Positions 10,227 to 18,776 of a stretch of 43,810 nucleotides of DNA are shown in pieces. The stretch's first letter is position 1, and each line of letters opens with the position of its first letter. The position numbers and the translations under genes are program-made. The notes under the pieces were generated by a model, which was given only the letters and a program-made list of their open reading frames with translations, was not told where the DNA came from and did not search any database. Source of the DNA: a virus (lineage: Duplodnaviria; Heunggongvirae; Uroviricota; Caudoviricetes); IMG/VR virus record IMGVR_UViG_2671180268_000014. One strand, 5' to 3'.

Positions 10227-10556
10227 NNNNNNNNNNNNNNNNNNNNNNNNNNNNNNNNNNNNNNNNNNNNNNNNNNNNNNNNNNNNNNNNNNNNNNNNNN
10301 NNNNNNNNNNNNNNNNNNNNNNNNNNNNNNNNNNNNNNNNNNNNNNNNNNNNNNNNNNNNNNNNNNNNNNNNNNNNNNNNNNNNNNNNNNNNNNNNNNNN
10401 NNNNNNNNNNNNNNNNNNNNNNNNNNNNNNNNNNNNNNNNNNNNNNNNNNNNNNNNNNNNNNNNNNNNNNNNNNNNNNNNNNNNNNNNNNNNNNNNNNNN
10501 NNNNNNNNNNNNNNNNNNNNNNNNNNNNNNNNNNNNNNNNNNNNNNNNNNNNNNNN
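10227..10556. other. Assembly gap (run of N)
   Basis: 330 consecutive N. The X-runs in ORF-track proteins are artefacts of translating it. Confidence 0.99.
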
Positions 10557-10580
10557 AATTTTTACCGGGAGGAAATTTTT

Positions 10581-11342
10581 ATGGAGACTGTTTTTGACGC
10601 ACTGAAAGCAATGGGAAAAGCCACATCCATAGAACTTGCTGCGCGACTTGATATCAGTCGTGAAGAAGTGCTGAACGAACTATGGGAACTGAAAAAAGCT
10701 GGTTTCGTTGATAAAAGCGCGTACACCTGGCGTGTGGCTGATAACAACGTTCAGCAGGAACAGCCAATGCAGGCAGAACTGCCGGAAGAAACCACCACGG
10801 CAACTGTAGTGAAAATCTCAGAGTGCGATTTAACCGCGACGATTGAACAACGCGGACCACAAACGGCGGATGAACTGGCTACGCTGTTCGGTACAACATC
10901 CCGCAAAGTTGCTTCAACGCTGGCAATGGCAATCAGCAAAGGACGCCTGATTCGCGTAAACCAGAACAGTAAATTTCGTTACTGCATGCCGGGCGATAAT
11001 TTACCAGCAGAGCCGAAAGCTGCATCGGTAGCGGAAACTGATGGTAAAGCCTTTCCTCAGCCAGCCGGTGTTGCGTTACCAGTACAGGAAGCGGCAACAC
11101 AGGAAGATATTAAAACAGAAACTGTGGCGGACATTGTGCAGTCGCTGCCATCGTTTACTGAAACGCAAGCGGATGACCTAGTTTTACCATCGCTGCATAT
11201 GGCAAACCGCGAACTGCGTCGGGCGAAAAATCATGTCCAGAAGTGGGAGCGAGTCTGCGCCGCGCTGCGGGAGCTGAACAAGCACCGGGATATTGTCCGA
11301 CAGATTGTCGATTCCTCCAGTCGTATTGTGTCGGAAAAGTGA
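10581..11342 (+). CDS. Hypothetical early protein, probably winged-helix (YdaW/DUF1627-like)
   Basis: ATG at 10581 with GGGAGG SD. N-terminal segment [30 protein letters not shown] is wHTH-like. Confidence 0.4.
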   Translation: METVFDALKAMGKATSIELAARLDISREEVLNELWELKKAGFVDKSAYTWRVADNNVQQEQPMQAELPEETTTATVVKISECDLTATIEQRGPQTADELATLFGTTSRKVASTLAMAISKGRLIRVNQNSKFRYCMPGDNLPAEPKAASVAETDGKAFPQPAGVALPVQEAATQEDIKTETVADIVQSLPSFTETQADDLVLPSLHMANRELRRAKNHVQKWERVCAALRELNKHRDIVRQIVDSSSRIVSEK

Positions 11343-11774
11343 TTGCCGGAGGCGCTTATGGCAAAAGTTTTTACACAGGAAGAGCGTGAAAAAATTAAGG
11401 AGCAGGTTGTTGAGTTGGTACGCCAGAGTGGGCGCGAGACGTTAAGGCAACTGGAGGCCAAGACAGGTGCGACAAGATATCTGATGAGCATTCTTGCCAG
11501 AGAGTTGGTTGCCAGTGGCGATGTATACAACTCTGGCTATGGGTTATTCCCGTCTGAACAGGCTCGTAAGGATTGGAAAAACGCCCGCAAAAAACTATCC
11601 AGGGCAAAGGTGAAAAAAACGGTTGTGGTTGATCCTGACCTTATCTGGTCATTACCAGACGGAGAAATACGCCGCTATGACAGGCGTCAGAACATAATCT
11701 GTCGCGAGTGCCGGAAGAGTGAAGTTATGAAACGTGTACTGGCATTTTATCAAGGAAATCTTCGGTATTTATAG
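11343..11774 (+). CDS. Hypothetical protein
   Basis: 143-aa ORF abutting the previous gene; basic, with a C-terminal ICRECRK. Alternative start MAKVF at 11358. Confidence 0.35.
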   Translation: MPEALMAKVFTQEEREKIKEQVVELVRQSGRETLRQLEAKTGATRYLMSILARELVASGDVYNSGYGLFPSEQARKDWKNARKKLSRAKVKKTVVVDPDLIWSLPDGEIRRYDRRQNIICRECRKSEVMKRVLAFYQGNLRYL

Positions 11775-11930
11775 ACGTTACTAGATCAAAGAGCATTAGT
11801 TCATATGTAAATTGACATTTTTCTGGCACAGGGGAGAGCTAGCGTGGTTGTCCGCTTTGTGCCAATAGCGGACATTGCTGGCTCATGGTATGTTAGTTTA
11901 AGGAGGCAGGTTATGCCCTGTATTTCGCTG

Positions 11931-11939
11931 TGGTATAAT
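11931..11939 (+). promoter_or_regulatory. Extended -10 promoter element (TGgTATAAT) for the AT-rich cassette
   Basis: TGGTATAAT read directly at 11931-11939, about 34 nt upstream of the GTG at 11973, which has an AGGGAG SD at 11958-11963. No strong -35. Confidence 0.4.
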
Positions 11940-11972
11940 AGTTGCGCAATTGATACAAGGGAGCGTTACATC

Positions 11973-12935
11973 GTGAAAATTGTTTTCGAGGTTAATGGAA
12001 AGAAAGTTCCACTAAAATCTTTAAAATACATAAGCAAAAAAGATCAACTCGAAGTAATGAAAAACTGGTTCTTTGAAAACTTTGAAGATCCGGCAAATGC
12101 TTGTCCGTATGAAAGTAGAGAAGGTGGCTATGCTTACATATATGGCGGGCCGTATGATGCGAGCGAAGAACTACAATCCATCTTCGGTCAATATGTTAAA
12201 TCTGAGTATATTGAGGAATTAGTAGATGAATTACAAACACAATGTTTTGACTGGTCTGGAAACTCAAATAATATAGATGATTGGTACGATGATGATATCT
12301 ACGACGCTGTAACGTCTTCCGGTAATCCGTATTTAAAATTCATTGATAATATCGATAAAATAAAAAAACTTGCAAAAGATAAAACTGAACAACAGCAAAA
12401 AAACCACTTGCTTAGTTTGCTCTACACGAATGTTATTACAGCTTTGGAAACGCTTTATGTTGAGCTATTCATTAATTCTATAGAGAAAGATGATGTCTAC
12501 ATAGCCAATTGTATAGAAAAAGGTAAGACTGAATTTAAAGTAAGCAAAGATATTGCTGCGTTGCCTTTCAAGGGTGAACCCATCGAGAAAATTAGGGGAG
12601 AGCTAATCAGGTCAATCAAGGAACACTTGATCAGTGCAAGCTGGCATAGCACTAAAAAGGTAATCGACCGCTATGAAGCTACATTCGATATAAAAGTACA
12701 AAAAGACTGTCCGATAGAAGCTATTGAATTGGCAACCCTCAATCGAAATCACTTAGTGCATCGTGGTGGAAAGGATAAAGAAGGGAACCTCGTAGTGATT
12801 ACAGACCAGGATCTTGAAACGCTGATTGAAAATGCATCGAACCTGGCAATTATGCTCTACAACAGTTTAAATGTAGCAACGAATAAAACCACCATTTTGC
12901 AACCAGATGACAAACCGTTCATTCATGAATTTTAA
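11973..12935 (+). CDS. Cassette gene A: hypothetical protein with C-terminal Rx4H (HEPN-like) motif
   Basis: AT-rich ORF. GTG start with AGGGAG SD preferred; the six-frame ORF extends upstream to 11844. RNHLVH at 12744-12761 in a helical C-terminal region. No family recognised. Confidence 0.5.
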   Translation: MKIVFEVNGKKVPLKSLKYISKKDQLEVMKNWFFENFEDPANACPYESREGGYAYIYGGPYDASEELQSIFGQYVKSEYIEELVDELQTQCFDWSGNSNNIDDWYDDDIYDAVTSSGNPYLKFIDNIDKIKKLAKDKTEQQQKNHLLSLLYTNVITALETLYVELFINSIEKDDVYIANCIEKGKTEFKVSKDIAALPFKGEPIEKIRGELIRSIKEHLISASWHSTKKVIDRYEATFDIKVQKDCPIEAIELATLNRNHLVHRGGKDKEGNLVVITDQDLETLIENASNLAIMLYNSLNVATNKTTILQPDDKPFIHEF

Positions 12936-12950
12936 TAGCGCAGGTCATAC

Positions 12951-13952
12951 ATGGATATTCGCACACGAAAGACAAAATTTTTAGAGTCGTTAGATTCAAC
13001 TGAAGTGATACGCAAAGCAGTAAGTCTCGCTATAGATTGCATTATTGATAATCATAATAGTAATGAAGATACCCCCTTAGTTATTACCAGCTATGATGAT
13101 CTCTGTAGAATCCAGGTGCTAAATTATGTACAGGAGTTTTGCGAAGCTGCATTCCCTGATATGGATGAATATTACTTTAGTCCTAACATACTTCGCATCA
13201 ACGGCAAGACTAGTGAAGAAGCTTGTATTAACTTAATTAAACTCTTAAGAAGTACAAAAGGCATGCTATTCTGGTCCGATGCCCCATCGTGGTTCGCTAG
13301 CCTCCCCGACGGATTATTCCATGTTGTTAACATTGATCAAAAAATCGTTACTCGCGGCCTTAATAAGAAAAACTCTAAGCCGACAATAATCAATAAAGAT
13401 TACAGTGTAGATACACTACTATCAGAGCTATTTTTGAATGGCGCACACATGGAGCAACCCAACGTACACAACGTTTCTGAGGGAAACATGAAGTTCTATG
13501 ATGAATGCCATGCTGGATTAATCAGACCAATACCCGCTCCAATAGGCGCGTCATACGATGAAGAGATCACAATTAATTCTCCAGATTGGCAAAAGCTCGC
13601 GTGTGTAGCTTTACGCCGCTATCAGTCGAAGGAATGTCATGACGGAATGCAATGGGATACAACCGATCATGGTTGGACTGATGTAATCGCGTATCCATTC
13701 GTCGAAGAAATACAATCAATGGATAATAGTGGTTATCGACAATGTTTAGTTGGGCTGGTCACAATAAACAATTCAAATGCAAATTCTCCGTACCTATCTA
13801 CCGTTTGGATACATCCATTTTATCGCAGGAGAGGGTTATTAAGTAAGTTATGGCCAAAATTACAAGAGTTATATGGAAGTAACTTCGAAATTGAGCGACC
13901 TAATGAAAATATGAAAGCATTTCTGAAAAGTGCGAAACACGCAGATTACTAA
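12951..13952 (+). CDS. Cassette gene B: hypothetical protein with GNAT-like C-terminal motif
   Basis: AT-rich 333-aa ORF 15 nt downstream of gene A. C-terminus VWIHPFYRRRGLLSKLW resembles the GNAT motif A strand-turn-helix. Fold assignment is inference only. Confidence 0.5.
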   Translation: MDIRTRKTKFLESLDSTEVIRKAVSLAIDCIIDNHNSNEDTPLVITSYDDLCRIQVLNYVQEFCEAAFPDMDEYYFSPNILRINGKTSEEACINLIKLLRSTKGMLFWSDAPSWFASLPDGLFHVVNIDQKIVTRGLNKKNSKPTIINKDYSVDTLLSELFLNGAHMEQPNVHNVSEGNMKFYDECHAGLIRPIPAPIGASYDEEITINSPDWQKLACVALRRYQSKECHDGMQWDTTDHGWTDVIAYPFVEEIQSMDNSGYRQCLVGLVTINNSNANSPYLSTVWIHPFYRRRGLLSKLWPKLQELYGSNFEIERPNENMKAFLKSAKHADY

Positions 13953-14572
13953 TTTATGAATCAGTCTGTGGAGTTAGGGTTGGTGTGAACAAGTAGGGTA
14001 AGAGCCTCAACGTGATGCTATGCCGACCTGCTCCCTGAGAATTCACACAGAAGGCTGCTAGCAATGTCTGCAGATCGCTCAAAGCGGACTAAAATGTTGG
14101 CTTGTTTCTGACTTAGAGCATTTAAGGAAGTGCTGGTGGTGACTGGTTGTTGTGTTCCATTTCTACAGAATAAAATCACAGAAACTATACCCAATAGTTG
14201 TATTGAATCACTGACGAGACAGCCTCATATTTATCAGGACTGGTGTGCGTCTAATACAGGGGGTTGTCGTGCTGGTTCTCAAATGTGCGCTGGCTATTGC
14301 GGCTGTAATGGCAATTTATTGTCTTGCTGTTGTTCTTATGGAGCGGCTTTCTGATTGATTACATACTGGCTAGAAAAAAGGTGTTACCTTGGTTTATCTT
14401 TGTCCGGCAAGGTGCGCTCATTAATCTTAAGTAAATTTATTGCTCAAGTATTCAGATTACTTCTTATGGTTGAAGTCTCCTGTCAATGTAGAACCAATAT
14501 ATTTACAAAAATGAGACCCGTCGGGGATAGCCCTGCCGGGTCTGACTGTTAAAGCATTTTTAATATGATCAT

Positions 14573-14911
14573 CTATTTTTTGGTGCTATAGACTTTTTCG
14601 CCCGAAAAGTCTGGAGCGACCCAAAAGTTAATATTAAACTGAGCATCATCGCTTAGTTCAACACGGTGCCAGTATTGTGGTGGGCTTGTTGCAAAAGCGC
14701 CAGCATTAATGACTACTTTTATCTCCGGTTCAGTAGCATTCTCATCAGTAAAACCATAATATGTTACAGTGCCTTCCATTACGCACAACTGCCCAAAAAC
14801 ACCTGCTGCTGTATTATGATGTGTTAATAACGCTGAAGGTACGTTCTCTTTTGTGAAGAACGGAGTTGAGCGTTTGATTACCCAATCTTTAGGAATTCTC
14901 TTGTGTGTCAT
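14573..14911 (-). CDS. YeaR-like DUF1971 protein
   Basis: Start at internal ATG 14911 with GGAGG SD. Segments RSTPFF and FNINFWVAPDF resemble recalled E. coli YeaR (RSTPFW, FNIDFFVAPE). Confidence 0.55.
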   Translation of the reverse strand: MTHKRIPKDWVIKRSTPFFTKENVPSALLTHHNTAAGVFGQLCVMEGTVTYYGFTDENATEPEIKVVINAGAFATSPPQYWHRVELSDDAQFNINFWVAPDFSGEKVYSTKK

Positions 14912-15724
14912 AACCACCTCCTCCAAAACATGCATTAAAAATGCATCTTTTGGAGGGTTATGTCAAGCTGTTATGAAACACATAATTGATATGTTGATTA
15001 GAGGAGAAGATAGAATAAATATGGTTGTTTTTCGTATAACTATTTGTTTTACTTTTAGTTTATGCATTCTGTGTGTTAGGAATAAGTTATTAAAGTTTAA
15101 TCAAAAAATCTCGATGTAGTCCACATAGATTACTGTTACTGAACCTTATTGTGTGTATTAGTTGTGTTCTGAAATTTCAGCTTAATTATTTATGATGTAT
15201 TTTTTAACGATAAATATTTTCCCAGGATACCTTTACTGTGTATATAAATAAATTATATACGCATAAATAATGTAAAGGCGTCCTTTTAGATATATCTTAT
15301 CAAATGTTAATGACTTGAGTGGGAAATATGATTCCAGCAACTTATCATGTGGCTACTTTATAAAAATAATGCCCATATAAAACAACAAGCGAAAAGGATT
15401 ACGGATAAAAAAGGAGCGAGATGTGCGAACTTGTTATTTTCCATGTTTAACCACCTTAAATAATTGATGATGACGGGATGATTGCATCTGTAATGCTTTT
15501 ATTGAAATGTTATGATAAAAAAGAACTTTTGCATAACATTAAAATGTAATTTATCTAATCGTTTTTAATAATAAGTGTCGTATTTCTATCCTTGTACCAG
15601 CTATTTGATATGTAGTGTTTGTTCATGCTATGTGGGGCTTTACACCATAGCCAGTTTATTTATACTTTATTCGTCAGCCTGAACAACTGGCATCTGCTGC
15701 GCTGCGCCATCGAGAGATTGAGAA

Positions 15725-16324
15725 ATGGCGCATATACAACTGGTCAAACAAACCTCTTCTGGTTTACTTCTCCCGGCGACGCCGGAGAGTTGCGATTTTC
15801 TGCATCAAATCAAAATAGGTGAGTGGATACACGCAGACTTTAAGCGTGTGCGTAACTACGCATTCCACAAGCGTTTTTTCAAACTCCTGCAACTGGGATT
15901 CGATTACTGGACTCCGGTCGGTGGGGCGATCACGCCTCGCGAACGAGAACTGCTGTCTGGTTTCGTTGATTACCTGTGCGAATCAGTTGGTCGGGAACAC
16001 ACGCCAGCCCTGAGTGATGCCGCAGAGCAATACCTTAACACCGTTGCGACTCGTAGAACCCGGGATACGGCGTTGCTAAAGTCGTTTGAGGCTTTCCGCG
16101 AGTGGGTAACCATTCAGGCCGGATTTTACACCGAGCATATTTATCCGGACGGTAGCCGTGGGCGTCGGGCAAAATCCATCGCTTTTGCGAATATGGACGA
16201 AGTCGAGTTTCAGCAGGTTTATAAATCTGTACTGAATGTGCTGTGGAACTGGATTCTGTTCCGTAAATTCTCCTCTCAGGAGGAAGTTGAAAATGTGGCC
16301 GCACAACTACTGGAGTTTGCGTAA
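15725..16324 (+). CDS. DUF1367-like nin-region protein
   Basis: 199-aa ORF immediately upstream of a YbcO-like gene, in the usual nin-region order. Family call from recalled similarity. Confidence 0.45.
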   Translation: MAHIQLVKQTSSGLLLPATPESCDFLHQIKIGEWIHADFKRVRNYAFHKRFFKLLQLGFDYWTPVGGAITPRERELLSGFVDYLCESVGREHTPALSDAAEQYLNTVATRRTRDTALLKSFEAFREWVTIQAGFYTEHIYPDGSRGRRAKSIAFANMDEVEFQQVYKSVLNVLWNWILFRKFSSQEEVENVAAQLLEFA

Positions 16325-16614
16325 TGGTGAATTTACGTAAAGCGGCTAAAGGCCAGATGTGCCAGATCAGAATCCCTGGCTACTGCAATCACAATCCCGA
16401 AACCTCTGTGCTGGCGCATTACAGGCTGGCGGGGACGTGCGGAACAGCGACAAAACCACATGATATGCAGGCGGCGATAGCCTGTAGCTCATGCCACGAT
16501 CTAATCGACGGGCGGGTAAAAACCAGCGATTACACCAAAGAAGAATTGCGCCTGATGCATGCTGAAGGGGTTTTTCGCACACAAGAAATCTGGAGAAAGA
16601 AAGGTCATTTATGA
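16324..16614 (+). CDS. YbcO-like DUF1364 protein (putative nuclease)
   Basis: RKAAKGQMCQIRIPGYCNHNPETSVLAHYRLAGTCGTATKPHD and CSSCHDLIDGR align with recalled DLP12 YbcO including the conserved cysteines. Confidence 0.6.
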   Translation: MVNLRKAAKGQMCQIRIPGYCNHNPETSVLAHYRLAGTCGTATKPHDMQAAIACSSCHDLIDGRVKTSDYTKEELRLMHAEGVFRTQEIWRKKGHL

Positions 16615-17153
16615 TTTACCCAACGAATACAGGAAAAAGCGGAGAACACCTTCGCCTCACCACGCTGGAAAGTGTCTGGATTCAGGGAAAACTACGTATG
16701 TGGGGGCGCTGGTCGTATATTGGCGGTGGCAGGTCAGGGAATATGTTCAATCAGTTGTTGGCATCCAAAAAACTGACGAAAACAGCCATTAATGAAGCCC
16801 TGCGCAGAATGAAAAAAGCGGGAATAGAGAAAGCTGAGCTGGAAGCGTTTTTGCGAGAGATGATCAACGGCAAGCAAAAGAGCTGGCTGGCGCATTGTAC
16901 TGATGCAGAGGCGTTATGTATTGATCGAGTCATAAGTGAGGTGCTGGCAGAGCATCCAGGATTGATTTGCATTCTCCGGCAACGCTATGAAGGGCGGGGG
17001 ATGACTAAGCGCAAAATGGCTGAATTGCTAAATGATGCACACCCAGAGTGGTGTTTTAGCACATGCGAAAAACGGATTGCTAATTGGTTAGCTGTTGCTG
17101 AGTATGCCCTATATATTCCCATGCGTGAATCATTTGCTGAGAAAATGGCTTGA
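16611..17153 (+). CDS. Late-gene antiterminator Q-like protein
   Basis: Last ORF before a strong terminator and the lysis genes. N-terminal W-rich segment LRMWGRWSYIGGG resembles Q-family proteins. Overlaps the ybcO-like stop. Confidence 0.5.
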   Translation: MIYPTNTGKSGEHLRLTTLESVWIQGKLRMWGRWSYIGGGRSGNMFNQLLASKKLTKTAINEALRRMKKAGIEKAELEAFLREMINGKQKSWLAHCTDAEALCIDRVISEVLAEHPGLICILRQRYEGRGMTKRKMAELLNDAHPEWCFSTCEKRIANWLAVAEYALYIPMRESFAEKMA

Positions 17154-17233
17154 TTTCTTACGTATAAACTGCTTCAATTTTGCTATGCTTCGCAAAGCTG
17201 TATCGCGAGGCGGATTGCAGACATGGACATCGT

Positions 17234-17260
17234 AAAAAAACCGCTTAATGCGGTTTTTTT
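17234..17260. terminator. Rho-independent terminator, bidirectional (tR'-like)
   Basis: Perfect hairpin aaaaaaaccgc-TTAA-tgcggttttttt, A-run on one side and T-run on the other, about 80 nt downstream of the Q-like stop. Confidence 0.7.
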
Positions 17261-17580
17261 ACGTCAGGAAAGCAGGGGAGAATGCTGCTAGTTGGGCAAC
17301 TGGTCTTTCTGCTCCAAATTATAACAGAGACCAGTTATAGTTTCGGTGCTGTGTTTTTTTTACAATATTGTGATAACACATTGCTGGCGGGAGTTTTGAT
17401 ATTTCTTGGCAGGGGCTGATGATGCGTTATCCTGATGTCGTCAACTCATATAAAATGAGATGAGAGATCATTGCAGGGTGGTTTGTAATTCGCTGTTTAG
17501 CGGGACAATATGTTGTCTGATACAAGACACCCGACGCCTCAGATTACTATAATAAAGACGAAGCATCCTTTGTATTGACC

Positions 17581-17606
17581 AACCGCCTGTTTAGGCGGTT
17601 CTTTTT
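17581..17606 (+). terminator. Rho-independent terminator-like hairpin
   Basis: aaccgcc-tgttta-ggcggtt followed by cttttt, in the non-coding stretch between Q and the lipoprotein genes. Confidence 0.45.
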
Positions 17607-18197
17607 GGGCTGGTTTATTGTATGCCAAATGATTATTAAAAAGGTTGTGTTAATAACAAGATCCGAAATAATATGCCTGCATATTTTTATCTTGCTTATA
17701 TTCTGCATATTGTGCATAGCAGGCTCATCCCTGCAATCAAAACTGTATGATGAGTATTTTTTGTTTTCCTTTTTTCCAGTCATCTGATGATGACCTGCTT
17801 CTTTTTAATCCGGATCGACATCAGTTTTTTAAGATAATTCCTGCGAGTTATATGCATAAATGCCACAAACTCCGCATTTTATGTGGTTGGGAGTTGCCGG
17901 GCGCGCAGTGAGTTTGCTAAGAAAACTCCTGCATGGTGAATCCCCCTGTGCGGTGGGGTGATACCATTAACCTTTTCTGTCGCCGACAGGTATCACGAAC
18001 ATTTTGTTCACCGGGAGGCACCCGGCACCATGCACTTCAATAGATTCTCTCCACATTATGGATATTCTTTCAGAATATCCCACGCAGACTTTGTGTAAAT
18101 GTTAACAAATGTGCGTTTTATTTGATCTGATTCGCTGTTTGAGCGTCCAAAACAACGGTATATATAATCCTTTACTATATGACATATGTGAGGAAAA

Positions 18198-18626
18198 ATG
18201 GGTTTTCGTAGCGCATCAATTCTTACGTTGATTATTAGTGGGATTATTATCGGGTGCACTGATGCTGTATCGACAAATTATCATGACCGTACATCATATT
18301 ACTCCGATAAAGCAATAGAGACACAGTATGTGAGTTCATCTGAACGTACTTCTGATGTTAGTGAGGATATCCGTCTGTATGCCCATCAAATCAAGAGCGC
18401 CATCGAAAAACAGTTCGGGGATGCGAGTAAGTATTCAGGAAAAGAGTGTACACTGAGAATGCATATGGCCCCGAATGGCCTTCTACTGGAGGTTAAAAGA
18501 GAAAGTGGAGACCTCGATTTATGTCGTGAAGCGATGAATGCGATAAAGAATGCTGATATACCTGCCCCCCCTTCGCCGGAAGTATATAAAGTATTTCAAA
18601 ATGGGGTGCTGGATTTTAAACCCTGA
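18198..18626 (+). CDS. Lipoprotein with TolA C-terminal (domain III)-like domain
   Basis: Signal peptide plus lipobox (IIIGC, Thr at +2). C-terminus YAHQIKSAIEKQFGDASKYSGKECTLRMHMAPNGLLLEVK...PEVYKVFQNGVLDFKP closely parallels recalled TolA domain III. GAGGA SD. Confidence 0.6.
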   Translation: MGFRSASILTLIISGIIIGCTDAVSTNYHDRTSYYSDKAIETQYVSSSERTSDVSEDIRLYAHQIKSAIEKQFGDASKYSGKECTLRMHMAPNGLLLEVKRESGDLDLCREAMNAIKNADIPAPPSPEVYKVFQNGVLDFKP

Positions 18627-18776
18627 TATTTATTGTTTTGTAATAAACGGTTTCGGCTTAGGTTTGTTCTGACACAGCTACGGCACTGAGCTAAATTTAG
18701 CGGATAGTCAGCTCTGAGCCAGTGGCGGACGTAACAACTACTATTGCTGAGATTTTAATGGATTGAGGAGCAAGAA

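Noticed and set aside
10220-10597. ORFs translated through the N-run (proteins made mostly of X), and the single ORF 9796-10605
   Set aside because: Artefacts of translating an assembly gap; the true gene ends inside the gap.
13953-14572. Possible terminator or structured RNA after the cassette (inverted repeat agacccg...cgggtct near 14513-14545)
   Set aside because: The stem encloses a 16-nt loop and lacks a following T-run, so it is not a convincing intrinsic terminator; no other defined structure was seen.
17547-17787. Overlapping small ORFs on both strands (78 aa minus, 70 aa hydrophobic plus) in the Q-downstream spacer
   Set aside because: Very AT-rich DNA gives hydrophobic pseudo-ORFs; there is no SD and the two overlap each other antisense. 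A small membrane peptide cannot be fully excluded, but evidence is insufficient.
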